From: an uncultured Alphaproteobacteria bacterium
Lineage (GTDB): Bacteria; Pseudomonadota; Alphaproteobacteria; RF32; CAG-239
Assembly (NCBI GenBank): GCA_910587405.1
Contig: CAJUKS010000004.1
Location: forward strand, 5,977 to 69,976
Reading direction: 5' to 3'
DNA length: 64,000 nucleotides
Shown: in pieces, positions 27,328-37,575 of the stretch
Layout of the letters: each line of letters starts with the position of its first letter
Numbering within the stretch: the stretch's first letter is position 1
Made by a program: the position numbers and the translations under genes
The notes under the pieces: model-generated
Seen by the model: only the letters and a program-made list of their open reading frames with translations
Database searches by the model: none
What the model was told of the DNA's origin: nothing

Positions 27328-28002
27328 ATGACCAAAATGTTCAACCGAAATGAGACCTTAGTGAAAAAAATTATATCGGCGGCAGAGGCCGGCAAATTAA
27401 TCAGGGCAAACTCTTCTTTAATGATCGGCGGCTTTTTGCGCTGCGGAACCCCGCAACGGGTCATTGAAGAAATCATCAAAAACCGCACCGACGGACTGAC
27501 CCTGATCGCCAACGACACCAGTTACCCCGAATATGACCGCGGCCGTTTAATTGTGAACAAACTGGTCCGCAAAGCCATTGTCACCCATATCGGAACCAAC
27601 CCCGAAACCGGCCGCCAGTTTAATGCCGGCGAGTTGGAAGTCGAACTGGTGCCGATGGGAACGCTGGTTGAAAGAATTCGCTGCGGCGGTGCCGGTCTGG
27701 GCGGTTTTCTAACCCCGACCGGGGTAGGCACCGTTGTCGAAAAAGGCAAAACGGTCATTGAAAGCGACGGGCGCAAATATCTGCTCGAAAAGCCTCTCAC
27801 TGCAGACGTTGCTCTCATATACGGCAGCAAAGTCGATTGTTACGGCAATGTTTTTCTTGACGGAACCACCCGCAATTTCAATACCGCCATGGCCACTGCG
27901 GCCGCGACCGTCATCGTCGAAGCCGACCTTATTTGCGACCAACCACTTAATCCGGCCGAAATTACCATTCCGGGTATTTTTATTGATTATATTGTCAAGT
28001 AA
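27328..28002 (+). CDS. scoA: 3-oxoacid CoA-transferase subunit A
   Basis: IISAAEAGKLIRANSSLMIGGFLRCGTP and GELEVELVPMGTLVERIRCGGAGL match ScoA/AtoD; long upstream ORF extension rejected. Confidence 0.85.
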   Translation: MTKMFNRNETLVKKIISAAEAGKLIRANSSLMIGGFLRCGTPQRVIEEIIKNRTDGLTLIANDTSYPEYDRGRLIVNKLVRKAIVTHIGTNPETGRQFNAGELEVELVPMGTLVERIRCGGAGLGGFLTPTGVGTVVEKGKTVIESDGRKYLLEKPLTADVALIYGSKVDCYGNVFLDGTTRNFNTAMATAAATVIVEADLICDQPLNPAEITIPGIFIDYIVK

Positions 28003-28013
28003 AGGATTTCAGG

Positions 28014-28676
28014 ATGCTTTCAAAAGAACAGTGCCGCGCGGTCATTGCCCAACGAGTGGCTCAGGAATTTAAGCAGGGAGACGTCATTACCCTCGGTATC
28101 GGGCTGCCGACTGAAGTTGCCAACTACATCCCGCATGAAGTCGAAGTCATTTTTCACTCCGAGAACAGTTTGCTCGGAGTCGGCCGTCATGATCCCGACG
28201 CCGGAGAAAACCCCAAAATAACCAACGCCGGCGGCATTGCGGTAACTACCCGGCCGGGCGCCGCCTTTTTCGACACCGCCACATCTTTTGCGATGATTCG
28301 CGGCGGCCATGTCAACGCCACCGTCCTCGGTGCTCTTCAGGCAGATCAGCACGGAAATCTGGCCAACTGGATGATCCCCGGCGCTTTTATTCCCGGAATG
28401 GGCGGCGCCATGGACCTGGTCGTCGGTGCCGAGCGGGTAATCATCGCCATGGAACACACCAACAAAGGACAACCCCGCATCTTAAAAGAATGTACTTTGC
28501 CCCTCACCGCCGCCGGCGAAGTGGATCTGATCGTTACCGAACGCGGCGTTCTCGAAGTCACGCCCAAAGGACTGGTACTGAAAGAAATCAATCCGGCATT
28601 TTCTCTGCAGGAAGTGATCAATTCAACCGAAGCAGATCTGATCATTGCCGACACCCTGACCGAAATCGCCGTTTAG
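28014..28676 (+). CDS. scoB: 3-oxoacid CoA-transferase subunit B
   Basis: collinear with ScoB/AtoA incl. catalytic-Glu region NWMIPGAFIPGMGGAMDLV; terminator 28693-28722. Confidence 0.85.
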   Translation: MLSKEQCRAVIAQRVAQEFKQGDVITLGIGLPTEVANYIPHEVEVIFHSENSLLGVGRHDPDAGENPKITNAGGIAVTTRPGAAFFDTATSFAMIRGGHVNATVLGALQADQHGNLANWMIPGAFIPGMGGAMDLVVGAERVIIAMEHTNKGQPRILKECTLPLTAAGEVDLIVTERGVLEVTPKGLVLKEINPAFSLQEVINSTEADLIIADTLTEIAV

Positions 28677-28767
28677 ACGGAAAACAGGCATGAAAAAAAC
28701 GGGGAAATTCCCCGTTTTTATTGTCTTCAGAACGTCTCCGGCCAAGCCGGAGGATTTGTCGGTAAGT

Positions 28768-29118
28768 TTATTGCACCAAACGGATGCTTTCAACTTCAAT
28801 ATCCGCCGGCGCCATCATATGAGTGTCGATTTCGCCGCGAATCTCAACCCGGTCGTTGGGAGTCGCCTTGACGGTTTGCATATCGTCGTCGTCAATTTCA
28901 ACCTTAATCGAGCCGGTCTCGTCTTTGAAGATGTATTCTTCGTCGCCTAAAGAGCTGGCAATGTAACCTTCAAGAATAACTTCCGTATCATCGGGCAGAT
29001 CCTTGACATCGGCAACCGTGAGCTTTTTGGCACTCGGCGTGTTACTGTTGTCTGCAGCCGCCGGCAATGCCAAACCGGACAACAATAATGCCGCAAGCAT
29101 CAATTTTACTTTGTTCAT
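28768..29118 (-). CDS. YgiW/YdeI (BOF) family periplasmic OB-fold protein
   Basis: signal peptide + TVADVKDLPDDTEVILEGYIASSLGDEEYIFKDETGSIKVEID pattern. Confidence 0.65.
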   Translation of the reverse strand: MNKVKLMLAALLLSGLALPAAADNSNTPSAKKLTVADVKDLPDDTEVILEGYIASSLGDEEYIFKDETGSIKVEIDDDDMQTVKATPNDRVEIRGEIDTHMMAPADIEVESIRLVQ

Positions 29119-29292
29119 GATAACCTCCTTGTAAATATTGTTTTCTCCCCTAAGATAGGCTGTCAAATTGCAAAAACAACGGTTCTAAAACTTATAATCA
29201 AGCCCGCCGCGGGCGGACGGCAAAACTTTAAAAAAGAAAATGGCTTTCCGTCATCAAGACGAAAAGCCGTTTTTCTGTTAACCGTTAAGCGA

Positions 29293-29733
29293 TCACAACA
29301 GTGTTTCCTTAACGATTTCGGGACGCCACCACGAACTTCGATAGATGTCCGCGATGTAGCTTTTGGGCTTGGATACTTTCCAGCCGTTAGAGGCTATGTA
29401 TACAAACCCCTTTCCGCGACTGATCCGAAAAGCCGGACAAACAGAACGTTCTACCGCACCGCACGAAACTTCGGAAAAGATTCTGCGTTGCGCCAGATCG
29501 ATGTACTTGTCGGTTCCGGAAATAGAGACCCCGAGACGAAATTCGGTTCCGGACGGGGAAACTTCGCGGATCACGCACCACTTCAACTTCTTTTTTCTGG
29601 GGATATTAAAATATCGCCGCAGAAAATAAAAAGAGTTGAAGAATTTTTTGTTCTTCATAAAAATTAAGTTTAAAAATATATAGAATTGTAGCGTTTCGTG
29701 CATTAGTATAGAGTGAATTAGACAAAAAGTCAA
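29293..29733 (-). CDS. basic hypothetical protein
   Basis: ORF followed (minus strand) by hairpin+U-run at 29222-29266; start uncertain (29658 alternative). Confidence 0.4.
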   Translation of the reverse strand: MTFCLIHSILMHETLQFYIFLNLIFMKNKKFFNSFYFLRRYFNIPRKKKLKWCVIREVSPSGTEFRLGVSISGTDKYIDLAQRRIFSEVSCGAVERSVCPAFRISRGKGFVYIASNGWKVSKPKSYIADIYRSSWWRPEIVKETLL

Positions 29734-29790
29734 TCCTTTTAAAACGACAAAATTTTGGACATTTTATTGACATAAAAATTATAATATTAT

Positions 29791-31434
29791 ATGATATCCT
29801 TAATAAATCTAATGGAGAAAAAAATGGCGGCAAAAGAAAGCAAAAAACCTTCTATCGACAAAATCAATCTCGAAAACCGGATTTTGGCAGCCTTCTCACT
29901 GATGGAAATGTGCAAAACCGATGCCGAAAACATCAGTGCCGGCGATCTGACGGAACTGTATCAGAAAGTTGCCGATCTCAATAAACGCGCCTTTGAAGAC
30001 GAAACCGTCTTTAACATTGTCGCCGAACACGAGCTGGATCAGGTCAGCAACATCGAACAGCTGAAAGAAAAAATCCGCCGCAACCGGGTTGTTTCGACTT
30101 ATAAACAACTCGGCTTTTTTGCTTTGTGCAGCGGATCGACGAAAGAACGAATCCCCGAAGCGCCCGAAATTCTTGCCACCATTATGCACAACATGGGGAT
30201 CAAAAACGCCGACGCCCTCTCCGAAGCGATCGTTAACCGTCAGCTGGACGACGAAAGCGCCGACAAACTGTTTAAAGAACTCAACGGACGTCAAAATATT
30301 CTCAAAAAAATGCTGATCAGCGATTTCAAAACCTATCAGGATCAGAAAACCCGCAACGAGACCATCGAACAAATCCGTCCCGATTTGGAAGAATATACTT
30401 TCCAAAAGAACCCGAGTGCGGAATATTCTTTCGAAATTCGCAAACAACAGAAAGAATTCCGCAAAGCCGTACGCCAAAATTTCAACGAAGAAACCAAGCT
30501 GGAGTTTCTTAAGTTTTACGGCGCGATGATGACCGAAGGCAAAAACGCGGCCCAGGGAAGTTCGATCGGCAGCACCTATTCCGCCTTTTGCCAAATGATC
30601 CAGGCCGACGTCGGCAAAGAAGCCGCCGGCGCCGAAATTGACCGCGCCCTCGGACTCTCGGTCGAAGACGCCGCACAACCCGACATTGAAGCCAAAAGAA
30701 AAGCTGCTTATAAAGAAAAATGCCTCGAATTGTATTTCAAAACCGTCGCCGGCATCTTGTCGCAAAAATACGAGTACAACCGCAAACACAATATCGGCGG
30801 CAGTTGGGACATGTACCTGAGAAACATTAACGACAACTATATCCGCAGCCTCAACAACGGCGTCAACGACATCGGCTCGCTGGCTTTTCAGGATGCCGAC
30901 TACAGCAAACAATTCATCAGCAAAGCCGAAGAATATAAAATGAACCGCGACATGCGCGACGAGACTGCCGAACAGCAAATCATTTCCGTTCACCACAAAT
31001 TTCCGATCGGTGCCGCTTATGACGTTTATGACCAACTGTGTCCGCCGGTATCAGAAAAAGAAAAGATAGAAAATTGTCAACGGCTGGTCAATGTCCGCAG
31101 CAACAACGTTTTTGTTATCGGACAAGAAAAACACCAGTCGATGGAACCGCGGGGCACTATGAAATTCGGCGTCAATCCCGATGCCGGCATCTTCGCCGCC
31201 CGCATTAACTGCCCGGGTTTAAGGATCGTTATGCGCAGCCTGCCGCCCTATATGCAGGAAGGTATTGCCAAATACGTTAAAATGGGCGAGAGCGAAAAGA
31301 CCAAAGACATTGCCGTCACCATGCGTTTTTCCGAACCCAAGGAAATTACCGCCTTGCGCGAAAGTCTCAGAAACGAAGACACTCACGTCAGCGCCATTCA
31401 GAAATTTACCCGTTATTATAACGACGGCAAGTAA
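29791..31434 (+). CDS. large hypothetical protein (547 aa), no recognisable domain
   Basis: long ORF with TTGACA -35 upstream (29767) and strong terminator 31450-31484; alternative start 29812. Confidence 0.6.
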   Translation: MISLINLMEKKMAAKESKKPSIDKINLENRILAAFSLMEMCKTDAENISAGDLTELYQKVADLNKRAFEDETVFNIVAEHELDQVSNIEQLKEKIRRNRVVSTYKQLGFFALCSGSTKERIPEAPEILATIMHNMGIKNADALSEAIVNRQLDDESADKLFKELNGRQNILKKMLISDFKTYQDQKTRNETIEQIRPDLEEYTFQKNPSAEYSFEIRKQQKEFRKAVRQNFNEETKLEFLKFYGAMMTEGKNAAQGSSIGSTYSAFCQMIQADVGKEAAGAEIDRALGLSVEDAAQPDIEAKRKAAYKEKCLELYFKTVAGILSQKYEYNRKHNIGGSWDMYLRNINDNYIRSLNNGVNDIGSLAFQDADYSKQFISKAEEYKMNRDMRDETAEQQIISVHHKFPIGAAYDVYDQLCPPVSEKEKIENCQRLVNVRSNNVFVIGQEKHQSMEPRGTMKFGVNPDAGIFAARINCPGLRIVMRSLPPYMQEGIAKYVKMGESEKTKDIAVTMRFSEPKEITALRESLRNEDTHVSAIQKFTRYYNDGK

Positions 31435-31498
31435 AAATTTACGTTGTATGATCCTGTCCGCTCCGGCGGCAGGATCATTTTTTGTCAGGACCCCCGCC

Positions 31499-32155
31499 AT
31501 GGAACTCCAACTATCGCATTTACATCGGCATTTTGACCGTTTGCAGCAGCAATACGGCTGTCCGGATCTCGACAGCATTTACGGCGCCGGCTGCATTGAC
31601 AAACCGGATTTGTGTCTGATTTTTATGAATCCGACCGGTCGCAATATTGCCGCCGACCGTCACTGGAAGGGCTTGAAGGCACCGTGGCTGGGCACCAAAA
31701 ATTCGTGGAAATTGTTTCAGGGTATCGGGATATTGTCGCAACAGACACTGGCGGAAATACAAAGCAAGAAACCGGCCGACTGGGATGAAGACTTTGCCGA
31801 AAAGATCTACCGGGAAATAGCCGCCAACAAAGCTTATGTTACCAATCTCGGCAAATGTACTCAAAGCGACGCGTCCCCGGTCTCAAATACCGTTTTTAAA
31901 CAGTATCTGACTTTGCTTGAACAGGAAATTGATCAAATCCGTCCGCAAACCGTCATTACGTTCGGCAATCAGGTCAGTTCGTTGTTTCTGAACCAGCCTG
32001 TTTGTGTTTCACAACAGCGCCGCACCGCGATAAAAAAGACAATCAACAACCGCAGTTACGACGTTTTTCCGGTATTTTATCCGGTCGGACAGGGAATGCG
32101 GAATTTGGGCACCGCAATCGAGGATATCCGCTTTCTCATTGAAAAACGGCGCTGA
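31499..32155 (+). CDS. uracil-DNA-glycosylase-superfamily protein (divergent)
   Basis: CLIFMNPTGRN...WKGLKAPWLGTKNSWKLF resembles UDG motif-A region (GExPG...F), VTNLGKC and C-terminal FYPVGQGMRN in place of motif B. Confidence 0.45.
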   Translation: MELQLSHLHRHFDRLQQQYGCPDLDSIYGAGCIDKPDLCLIFMNPTGRNIAADRHWKGLKAPWLGTKNSWKLFQGIGILSQQTLAEIQSKKPADWDEDFAEKIYREIAANKAYVTNLGKCTQSDASPVSNTVFKQYLTLLEQEIDQIRPQTVITFGNQVSSLFLNQPVCVSQQRRTAIKKTINNRSYDVFPVFYPVGQGMRNLGTAIEDIRFLIEKRR

Positions 32156-32340
32156 AACTACTCAACATGAAAACAGCTTTTACCGCCGGCAACAATTCTG
32201 ACTCATGTTTGCGTCAGGCGAACGGTTTTGTTCACTCCGCACGCTGCGCCTCTCCAAACTTCGGACTGATCGGAAATTTTCGGTTCATAAAAAAAGAGGG
32301 ATGCATTTGCACCCCTCCTCTTAAAGAGTTCGTAAAAAAA

Positions 32341-32820
32341 TTACTTTATCTCCTGCCATCCGGCCATTTCCGACACTGTCAGAACGGCTTTTTTGAAGTC
32401 GTCCTTTTTCAGCACCAGCTTGGCTTCTCCTTTGGAGATGGTAACCAAGTCGTTCGATTCGCCGATCGTGTAACCGGCTGCGATGAACTTCTCAGCCACC
32501 TCAGGTGCCCAGCCGTTGAAGAAAGACAGAATCGTCATGTCCTTCCCGTTGGCGATGCGAATTTTGATACACTGGGCGTTTTCCTCGGGGTCGAAGGTCG
32601 AAACGACGGTGATGAAACCGGTCATTTTACCCGCGGTATCCGATTGCACCAGTGCATAACCGTTTGCTTCGCCGCATGCCATCTTATAAAAAGCCGGCAT
32701 TTCAACAGCAACCGCACGGGAAGTGAAATTGCTGATGATAACGGTGTTAGTTTCCTGAGCGTTTGCTGCGAAGGAAACGAGTGCCATCATGGCAACGAAA
32801 ATAGAAGCGATCTTTTTCAT
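32341..32820 (-). CDS. secreted hypothetical protein
   Basis: signal peptide MKKIASIFVAMMALVSFAANAQ. Confidence 0.55.
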   Translation of the reverse strand: MKKIASIFVAMMALVSFAANAQETNTVIISNFTSRAVAVEMPAFYKMACGEANGYALVQSDTAGKMTGFITVVSTFDPEENAQCIKIRIANGKDMTILSFFNGWAPEVAEKFIAAGYTIGESNDLVTISKGEAKLVLKKDDFKKAVLTVSEMAGWQEIK

Positions 32821-33072
32821 ATTCTTTTAGTTTTATATTTATAATTTTAATAATTGACAATGTAAGTTTTTGTATCTTATTTATAACCCATTCGCCTGAA
32901 TTTGTCAATAAATTTGTCAAAAATATTCAACCGCCGTCATTTTTATTCCCAGTGCTCCGGTCTGTTCTTCATCAACAAACCTTTTCCACCAAAATGCCCG
33001 ACCGCGCCGGGATTTCCGGAATACAAAAAAACAGGGAACCGAAGCCCCCTGTTTTCAACCGTGAAAGAAAAA

Positions 33073-33837
33073 TTATTTCTTCAATTCGTCGATGCTGTTT
33101 TGAATAACATTACCGTCGATGGTTTGCAGCATTTCACCATTCAAAATCATGGTCGGAACGCCGTTAACCTGAATTTTTCCGGCTAATTCATTATTTGCAG
33201 CCATCATATCGCGGATCTTGTCGCTGTCGAGGTCAGCTTTCAACTGCTCAACATTCAAACCGATCTTGCCGGCAATATTCATGATGCCTTCTTCGGTCAA
33301 CGGTCCTTCAATGGTAAACAAAGCATTGTGCAATTCGACAAACTTGCCCTGTTCGTTGGCAGCCAAAACGGCTCTGGCGGCATAGTCGGAAGCTTCCGAC
33401 AGGAAAGCCAGCGGTTTGAACACAAATTTAACGTTCGGGTTGTTGGCAATAACCTTGTTCAGTTCCGGGAACAACCGGTGGCAGTAACCACAGGCGTAAT
33501 CAAAGAACTCAACCAAAACGATATCGGCATTCTTTTTGCCGACAAACGGAGAATTCGGATCTTCGTTCAAATCCTTCAGGTTTTCCTGAATCGCCTTGCG
33601 GGCTTCGGCCATTGCTTCTTCCTGCATTTTCTGCTGATATCTCTGCATGGCGTTAAAAATGATTTCCGGTTTTTCGTTCAGAATTTCTTCAACGTTAACC
33701 GCGGCAACGGCAGTCGGTGCCGATACCGGAGCCTGAGCTTCCGCATCGACGGATTTGGCGCAGGGGTAATAAACCTTAACCAAAGCGGCTACCGAAAACA
33801 CCAAAGCCACGAGCGATATAAAGAGTGATTTTTTCAT
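33073..33837 (-). CDS. DsbA-family thiol:disulfide oxidoreductase
   Basis: signal peptide, thioredoxin-fold CGYC active site (FFDYACGYCHRLF). Confidence 0.8.
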   Translation of the reverse strand: MKKSLFISLVALVFSVAALVKVYYPCAKSVDAEAQAPVSAPTAVAAVNVEEILNEKPEIIFNAMQRYQQKMQEEAMAEARKAIQENLKDLNEDPNSPFVGKKNADIVLVEFFDYACGYCHRLFPELNKVIANNPNVKFVFKPLAFLSEASDYAARAVLAANEQGKFVELHNALFTIEGPLTEEGIMNIAGKIGLNVEQLKADLDSDKIRDMMAANNELAGKIQVNGVPTMILNGEMLQTIDGNVIQNSIDELKK

Positions 33838-34002
33838 AATCTATTTTCCTCAAAATTGTGATGTTATATAACAAATCAGCTATAATTTAACCAATAACGA
33901 TTATATTTACAAGAACAAAAAATTTTTTGTTGTAAAAATCCAGCCTTTTTTAACTTTTAGCCCTTATAATCGCTCTGCAACAACAGTTATGGAGAAGCCG
34001 CA

Positions 34003-34662
34003 ATGATGCACCTCAAATTTCCGGTCGTTTCCCGCACCCGGGCCTTGGAAAACAAAATTGACTCTTTTCACGACAAAATGATCGAGGCGGCCGCCGTTTT
34101 CCGCAAATCAATCCAGATTTTTCTGTGTGCCGAAAGTCGCAGCGAATACAAAGCCGTCAACCGCCAGATCAAAGTCATCGAACACGAAGCCGACAAATTG
34201 CGCCGCGACATTGAAAACGACCTCTACTCCGAAAATCTGCTTCCCAACCTGCAGGCCGATATCCTGCAGCTGGTCGAAGGTCTCGACAAGATCAACAACC
34301 AGTTTGACGACGTCATTTACAAGTTTTACATCGAACAACCGGAAATTCCGCAAAAATTTCATCGCAAACTGATCGATCTCTGTCATCAGGTTGCCGATTG
34401 TGCCGAAAACATGGCGATTGCTTCCCGCGCTTTTTTCAAAGATCTGAGCACGGTACGCGACTACTCTCATAAAGTATACATTATGGAACAGGAGTCCGAT
34501 TCGACCTATAACGACCTCAAAAAAGCCATTTTTGCTTCCGATATGGAACTCGCCAACAAACTGCAGCTGGACCTGCTGATCACCGAAGTGGCCGATATTG
34601 CCGATATTGCCGAAGATTGCGCCGACGAACTGTTGATATTTACCCTGAAAAGAGACATTTAA
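34003..34662 (+). CDS. PhoU-like (DUF47) putative phosphate-transport regulator
   Basis: helical repeat protein directly upstream of and overlapping (TAATG) a PiT transporter gene, typical pairing. Confidence 0.7.
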   Translation: MMHLKFPVVSRTRALENKIDSFHDKMIEAAAVFRKSIQIFLCAESRSEYKAVNRQIKVIEHEADKLRRDIENDLYSENLLPNLQADILQLVEGLDKINNQFDDVIYKFYIEQPEIPQKFHRKLIDLCHQVADCAENMAIASRAFFKDLSTVRDYSHKVYIMEQESDSTYNDLKKAIFASDMELANKLQLDLLITEVADIADIAEDCADELLIFTLKRDI

Positions 34663-35711
34663 TGCTGAGTTTCTGGATATTTTTAAGCAGCGGACTGTTC
34701 CTCGGCTGGTCTTTGGGCGCCAACGACGGTTCCAACATTTTCGGCACCGCCGTCGGTACGAGGATGGTAAAATTTCGCACCGCCGCAATCATATCGTCGC
34801 TGTTCGTCATTTTGGGCGCGGTCACGGCCGGCGGCGGCACCACCGACACCCTCAACGAACTCGGAAGCGTCAACGCGCCTGCAGGCGCGTTTATGGTCGG
34901 CCTGGCCGCGGCTTTGTCCGTCTATTGGATGAACAAAAGCAAAATTTCGGTTTCGACTTCTCAGGCAATTGTCGGCGCCATTATCGGCTGGAACCTGTAC
35001 AGCGGCAGACCGACCGATCTCGGCATACTTTCCACCATCGTCGGAACCTGGATTTTTTGCCCGATTCTTTCCGGTTTTCTGGCCGTCTTGATCTACCAGG
35101 CGACTCGTTTTGTCATTCGCCGAACCGCAATCCCGTTGCTGAAACTTGATCATTATACCCGTATCGGACTGATTCTTGCCGGTGCTTTCGGGGCCTATGC
35201 CTTGGGCGCCAACAACATTGCCAACGTCATGGGAATTTTCACCGCATCCAATCCGCTGCACGGCCTCAACTTCCCGGGCGGATTTTCGCTCAGTCCGACT
35301 CAAGTGTTGTTTTTGCTCGGCGCAGTTGCCATTGCGGCCGGTATTTTTACTTATTCGGGACAAATCATGCAGACGGTCGGCCGCAACATCTTTATGATGA
35401 GTCCGCTGGCAGCATGGGTGGTCGTTGTTGCTCAGTCAATGGTTTTGTTTTTGTTCGCTTCGGCCGGCCTCAACAACTTTTTGCTGGCGCATCATCTGCC
35501 GGCACTGCCGCTGGTACCGGTTTCCAGCTCACAAGCCGTTATCGGCGCCGTCATCGGCATCGGGCTGTTAAAAGGGGGCCACGGCATCAACTGGAGTATC
35601 ATCCGTCGAATTTTTATCGGTTGGATAACGACGCCGATCATTGCCGCCGCCCTGTGTTTTGTATCCTTGTTTTTCCTCGAAAACGTCTTTAACCTGACGG
35701 TTTACAATTAA
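34662..35711 (+). CDS. pit: inorganic phosphate transporter, PiT family
   Basis: GANDGSNIFGTAVG and second GANNIANVMG PHO4 repeat signatures. Confidence 0.9.
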   Translation: MLSFWIFLSSGLFLGWSLGANDGSNIFGTAVGTRMVKFRTAAIISSLFVILGAVTAGGGTTDTLNELGSVNAPAGAFMVGLAAALSVYWMNKSKISVSTSQAIVGAIIGWNLYSGRPTDLGILSTIVGTWIFCPILSGFLAVLIYQATRFVIRRTAIPLLKLDHYTRIGLILAGAFGAYALGANNIANVMGIFTASNPLHGLNFPGGFSLSPTQVLFLLGAVAIAAGIFTYSGQIMQTVGRNIFMMSPLAAWVVVVAQSMVLFLFASAGLNNFLLAHHLPALPLVPVSSSQAVIGAVIGIGLLKGGHGINWSIIRRIFIGWITTPIIAAALCFVSLFFLENVFNLTVYN

Positions 35712-35736
35712 TTTGGCCGATGCGGCCGCTCACCGA

Positions 35737-36177
35737 TTATTCGCGATGATACGGATGATGATTGATGATCGTCTGTATCCGATAAATCTGCTCGGCCAGC
35801 ACCGCCCGCATCAACATATGCGGCAACGTCAGCTTACCGAAAGACAACAACAAATCCGCCCGTTCGCGCGTCGACGGCAAATGCCCGTCGGCACCGCCGA
35901 TCAAAAAGCAAATTTCCGAACAACCGTTCAACATCCACTTTTCAATCCGGGCTGCCAGTTCGGTCGACTTCATATTGTCGCCCCGCTCGTCAAGAACAAT
36001 TACTTTTGCGCCCGCGGGAACAGACGCCGTCAAAAAACGTGCTTCTTCTTCCTGGGTGGCATTATCCTGCTCTTTTATCACCACATCCCATCCCGAGCGT
36101 TTGACATATTCGTCAATCAACTGCTTTTCCGGCGAGTTTCGTTTGCATTTTCCGATTGCTATGATTGTAGCTTTCAT
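35737..36177 (-). CDS. rlmH: 23S rRNA (pseudouridine1915-N3)-methyltransferase RlmH
   Basis: C-terminal HPYHRE and overall collinearity with E. coli RlmH. Confidence 0.85.
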   Translation of the reverse strand: MKATIIAIGKCKRNSPEKQLIDEYVKRSGWDVVIKEQDNATQEEEARFLTASVPAGAKVIVLDERGDNMKSTELAARIEKWMLNGCSEICFLIGGADGHLPSTRERADLLLSFGKLTLPHMLMRAVLAEQIYRIQTIINHHPYHRE

Positions 36178-36268
36178 CTTCTTCTCCGTTGTATCCGACA
36201 AATATCGTAATAACATTTTCAAACGCCGAAGCCAACCCCAAATATAAGGTTTTACCGCCCTTTCCCGC

Positions 36269-36297
36269 TTGACATTTTTGTCTAAAAATTTTATATT
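36269..36297 (+). promoter_or_regulatory. sigma70-type promoter TTGACA-17-TATATT
   Basis: consensus elements ~40 nt upstream of 36336 ORF. Confidence 0.5.
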
Positions 36298-36335
36298 GTA
36301 TTTAGAAAAAATATTATTCTTAAAATTAAAAACTT

Positions 36336-36902
36336 ATGAATCTTTTTAAAAAACTTTTTCGCCGCCGGGGTTCCTGCGATTCCAAAGTTGCGGACAACGA
36401 CATCCTGTTTTCTCCCGAAGATTCCCGATTTCAGTCCCTCATCAGTCTGCCGGCACCGATCGTGCATCCCGGCGACATGATGGAAGAACTCGGCATCGCC
36501 GTCTGTATGCACCGGAAAAGTTCCGTCGCCTACAACTCCGAGGATATCAAGGCCTATGAGGTGCTTTCGCCCGATGACAACAAGCATCTCTGTTTTTTCC
36601 TCGGCATGCTGAAAGACGGCTGCTATTACGGAAACATCCCCGGTACCGCCTGCATCTGCACCTGCTGCCAAAGCGACTATGTTTTCAAAGAAAGCACCGG
36701 CTTCCGGATACCGGTGATGATTCGCAAAGACAGGGTTTATATGCTGGAGTGCTGTTACGACTGCAAAGCTTTTCGGGTTGAAGCCGACTGTCTTTACAAA
36801 GTTAACCGCCGCGACGGCAGCCGCGAAACCATGCTTCGGTTTGGAGGCAACAACCGCCGTCTCGACAAAGCATTTCCCGTCATCAAAGACATTCTGCGCT
36901 GA
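36336..36902 (+). CDS. cysteine-rich hypothetical protein (13 Cys; CICTCC, ECCYDC clusters)
   Basis: ORF with consensus promoter and strong terminator (36925-36957). Confidence 0.55.
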   Translation: MNLFKKLFRRRGSCDSKVADNDILFSPEDSRFQSLISLPAPIVHPGDMMEELGIAVCMHRKSSVAYNSEDIKAYEVLSPDDNKHLCFFLGMLKDGCYYGNIPGTACICTCCQSDYVFKESTGFRIPVMIRKDRVYMLECCYDCKAFRVEADCLYKVNRRDGSRETMLRFGGNNRRLDKAFPVIKDILR

Positions 36903-37034
36903 CACCGGCGTACAAGTCACCAAAGGACTCCTGTTCACGACAGGAGTCCTTTTTTTATTCCGGCTCACCTGACAAAGACCGGTTTTTAGAATAGTTGCTT
37001 GACTTAACCTGAGGCAAACTTTAAAGTAAATATT

Positions 37035-37505
37035 ATGAAAAAATCAACCTTATACATCATTCACGGCTTTATAGGTGCCGGTAAAACGACCTTTTCAAAA
37101 AAATTGGCGTCAGAAACCGGCGCGGTTCATCTAAATCCGGATGAATGGTGCGTTAAACTGTTTACCCCCAAAAACTATGAAGCAAACTGGGAAAAATGTT
37201 TCGCCGATACGATGGATATTTTATGGAATAAAACAAAAGAGTATTTAGGCAAGGGCACGGACGTCATTCTCGATATGGGTTTTTGGGATCGGAAATCCAG
37301 GGACGCGGCGAAAAACCTCGCCATCGAATGCAATTCATATTTTAAACACTATTACATATATGTACCGGATAACATTGCCAAACAACGCATCTCGCTACGC
37401 ACCGGCAAAATTGCTGAAAATAATGTAAAGAATTTCGACGAAATCAAAAAGCGGTTTTCGGCTCCCGAAAGCGATGAAGATGCGATAATCATAAACAACT
37501 GTTAG
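37035..37505 (+). CDS. small P-loop NTPase / predicted kinase (AAA_33-like)
   Basis: Walker A GFIGAGKTTF at residues 11-20, 156 aa, DxxGxW-like segment. Confidence 0.6.
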   Translation: MKKSTLYIIHGFIGAGKTTFSKKLASETGAVHLNPDEWCVKLFTPKNYEANWEKCFADTMDILWNKTKEYLGKGTDVILDMGFWDRKSRDAAKNLAIECNSYFKHYYIYVPDNIAKQRISLRTGKIAENNVKNFDEIKKRFSAPESDEDAIIINNC

Positions 37506-37544
37506 ATTAGAAACAGGCCTCTCCCTGTTCGTCAGACCTTTGTC

Positions 37545-37575
37545 AAAAAACCGGCGTTTTAGACGCCGGTTTTTC
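37545..37575. terminator. bidirectional intrinsic terminator between kinase gene and rsfS
   Basis: aaccggcgt/acgccggtt hairpin flanked by A6 and T5. Confidence 0.65.

Noticed and set aside
26929-28002. 357-aa ORF extending scoA 400 bp upstream
   Set aside because: The upstream part overlaps two minus-strand membrane-protein genes and has no homology. ScoA similarity begins at the Met codons at 27328/27337.
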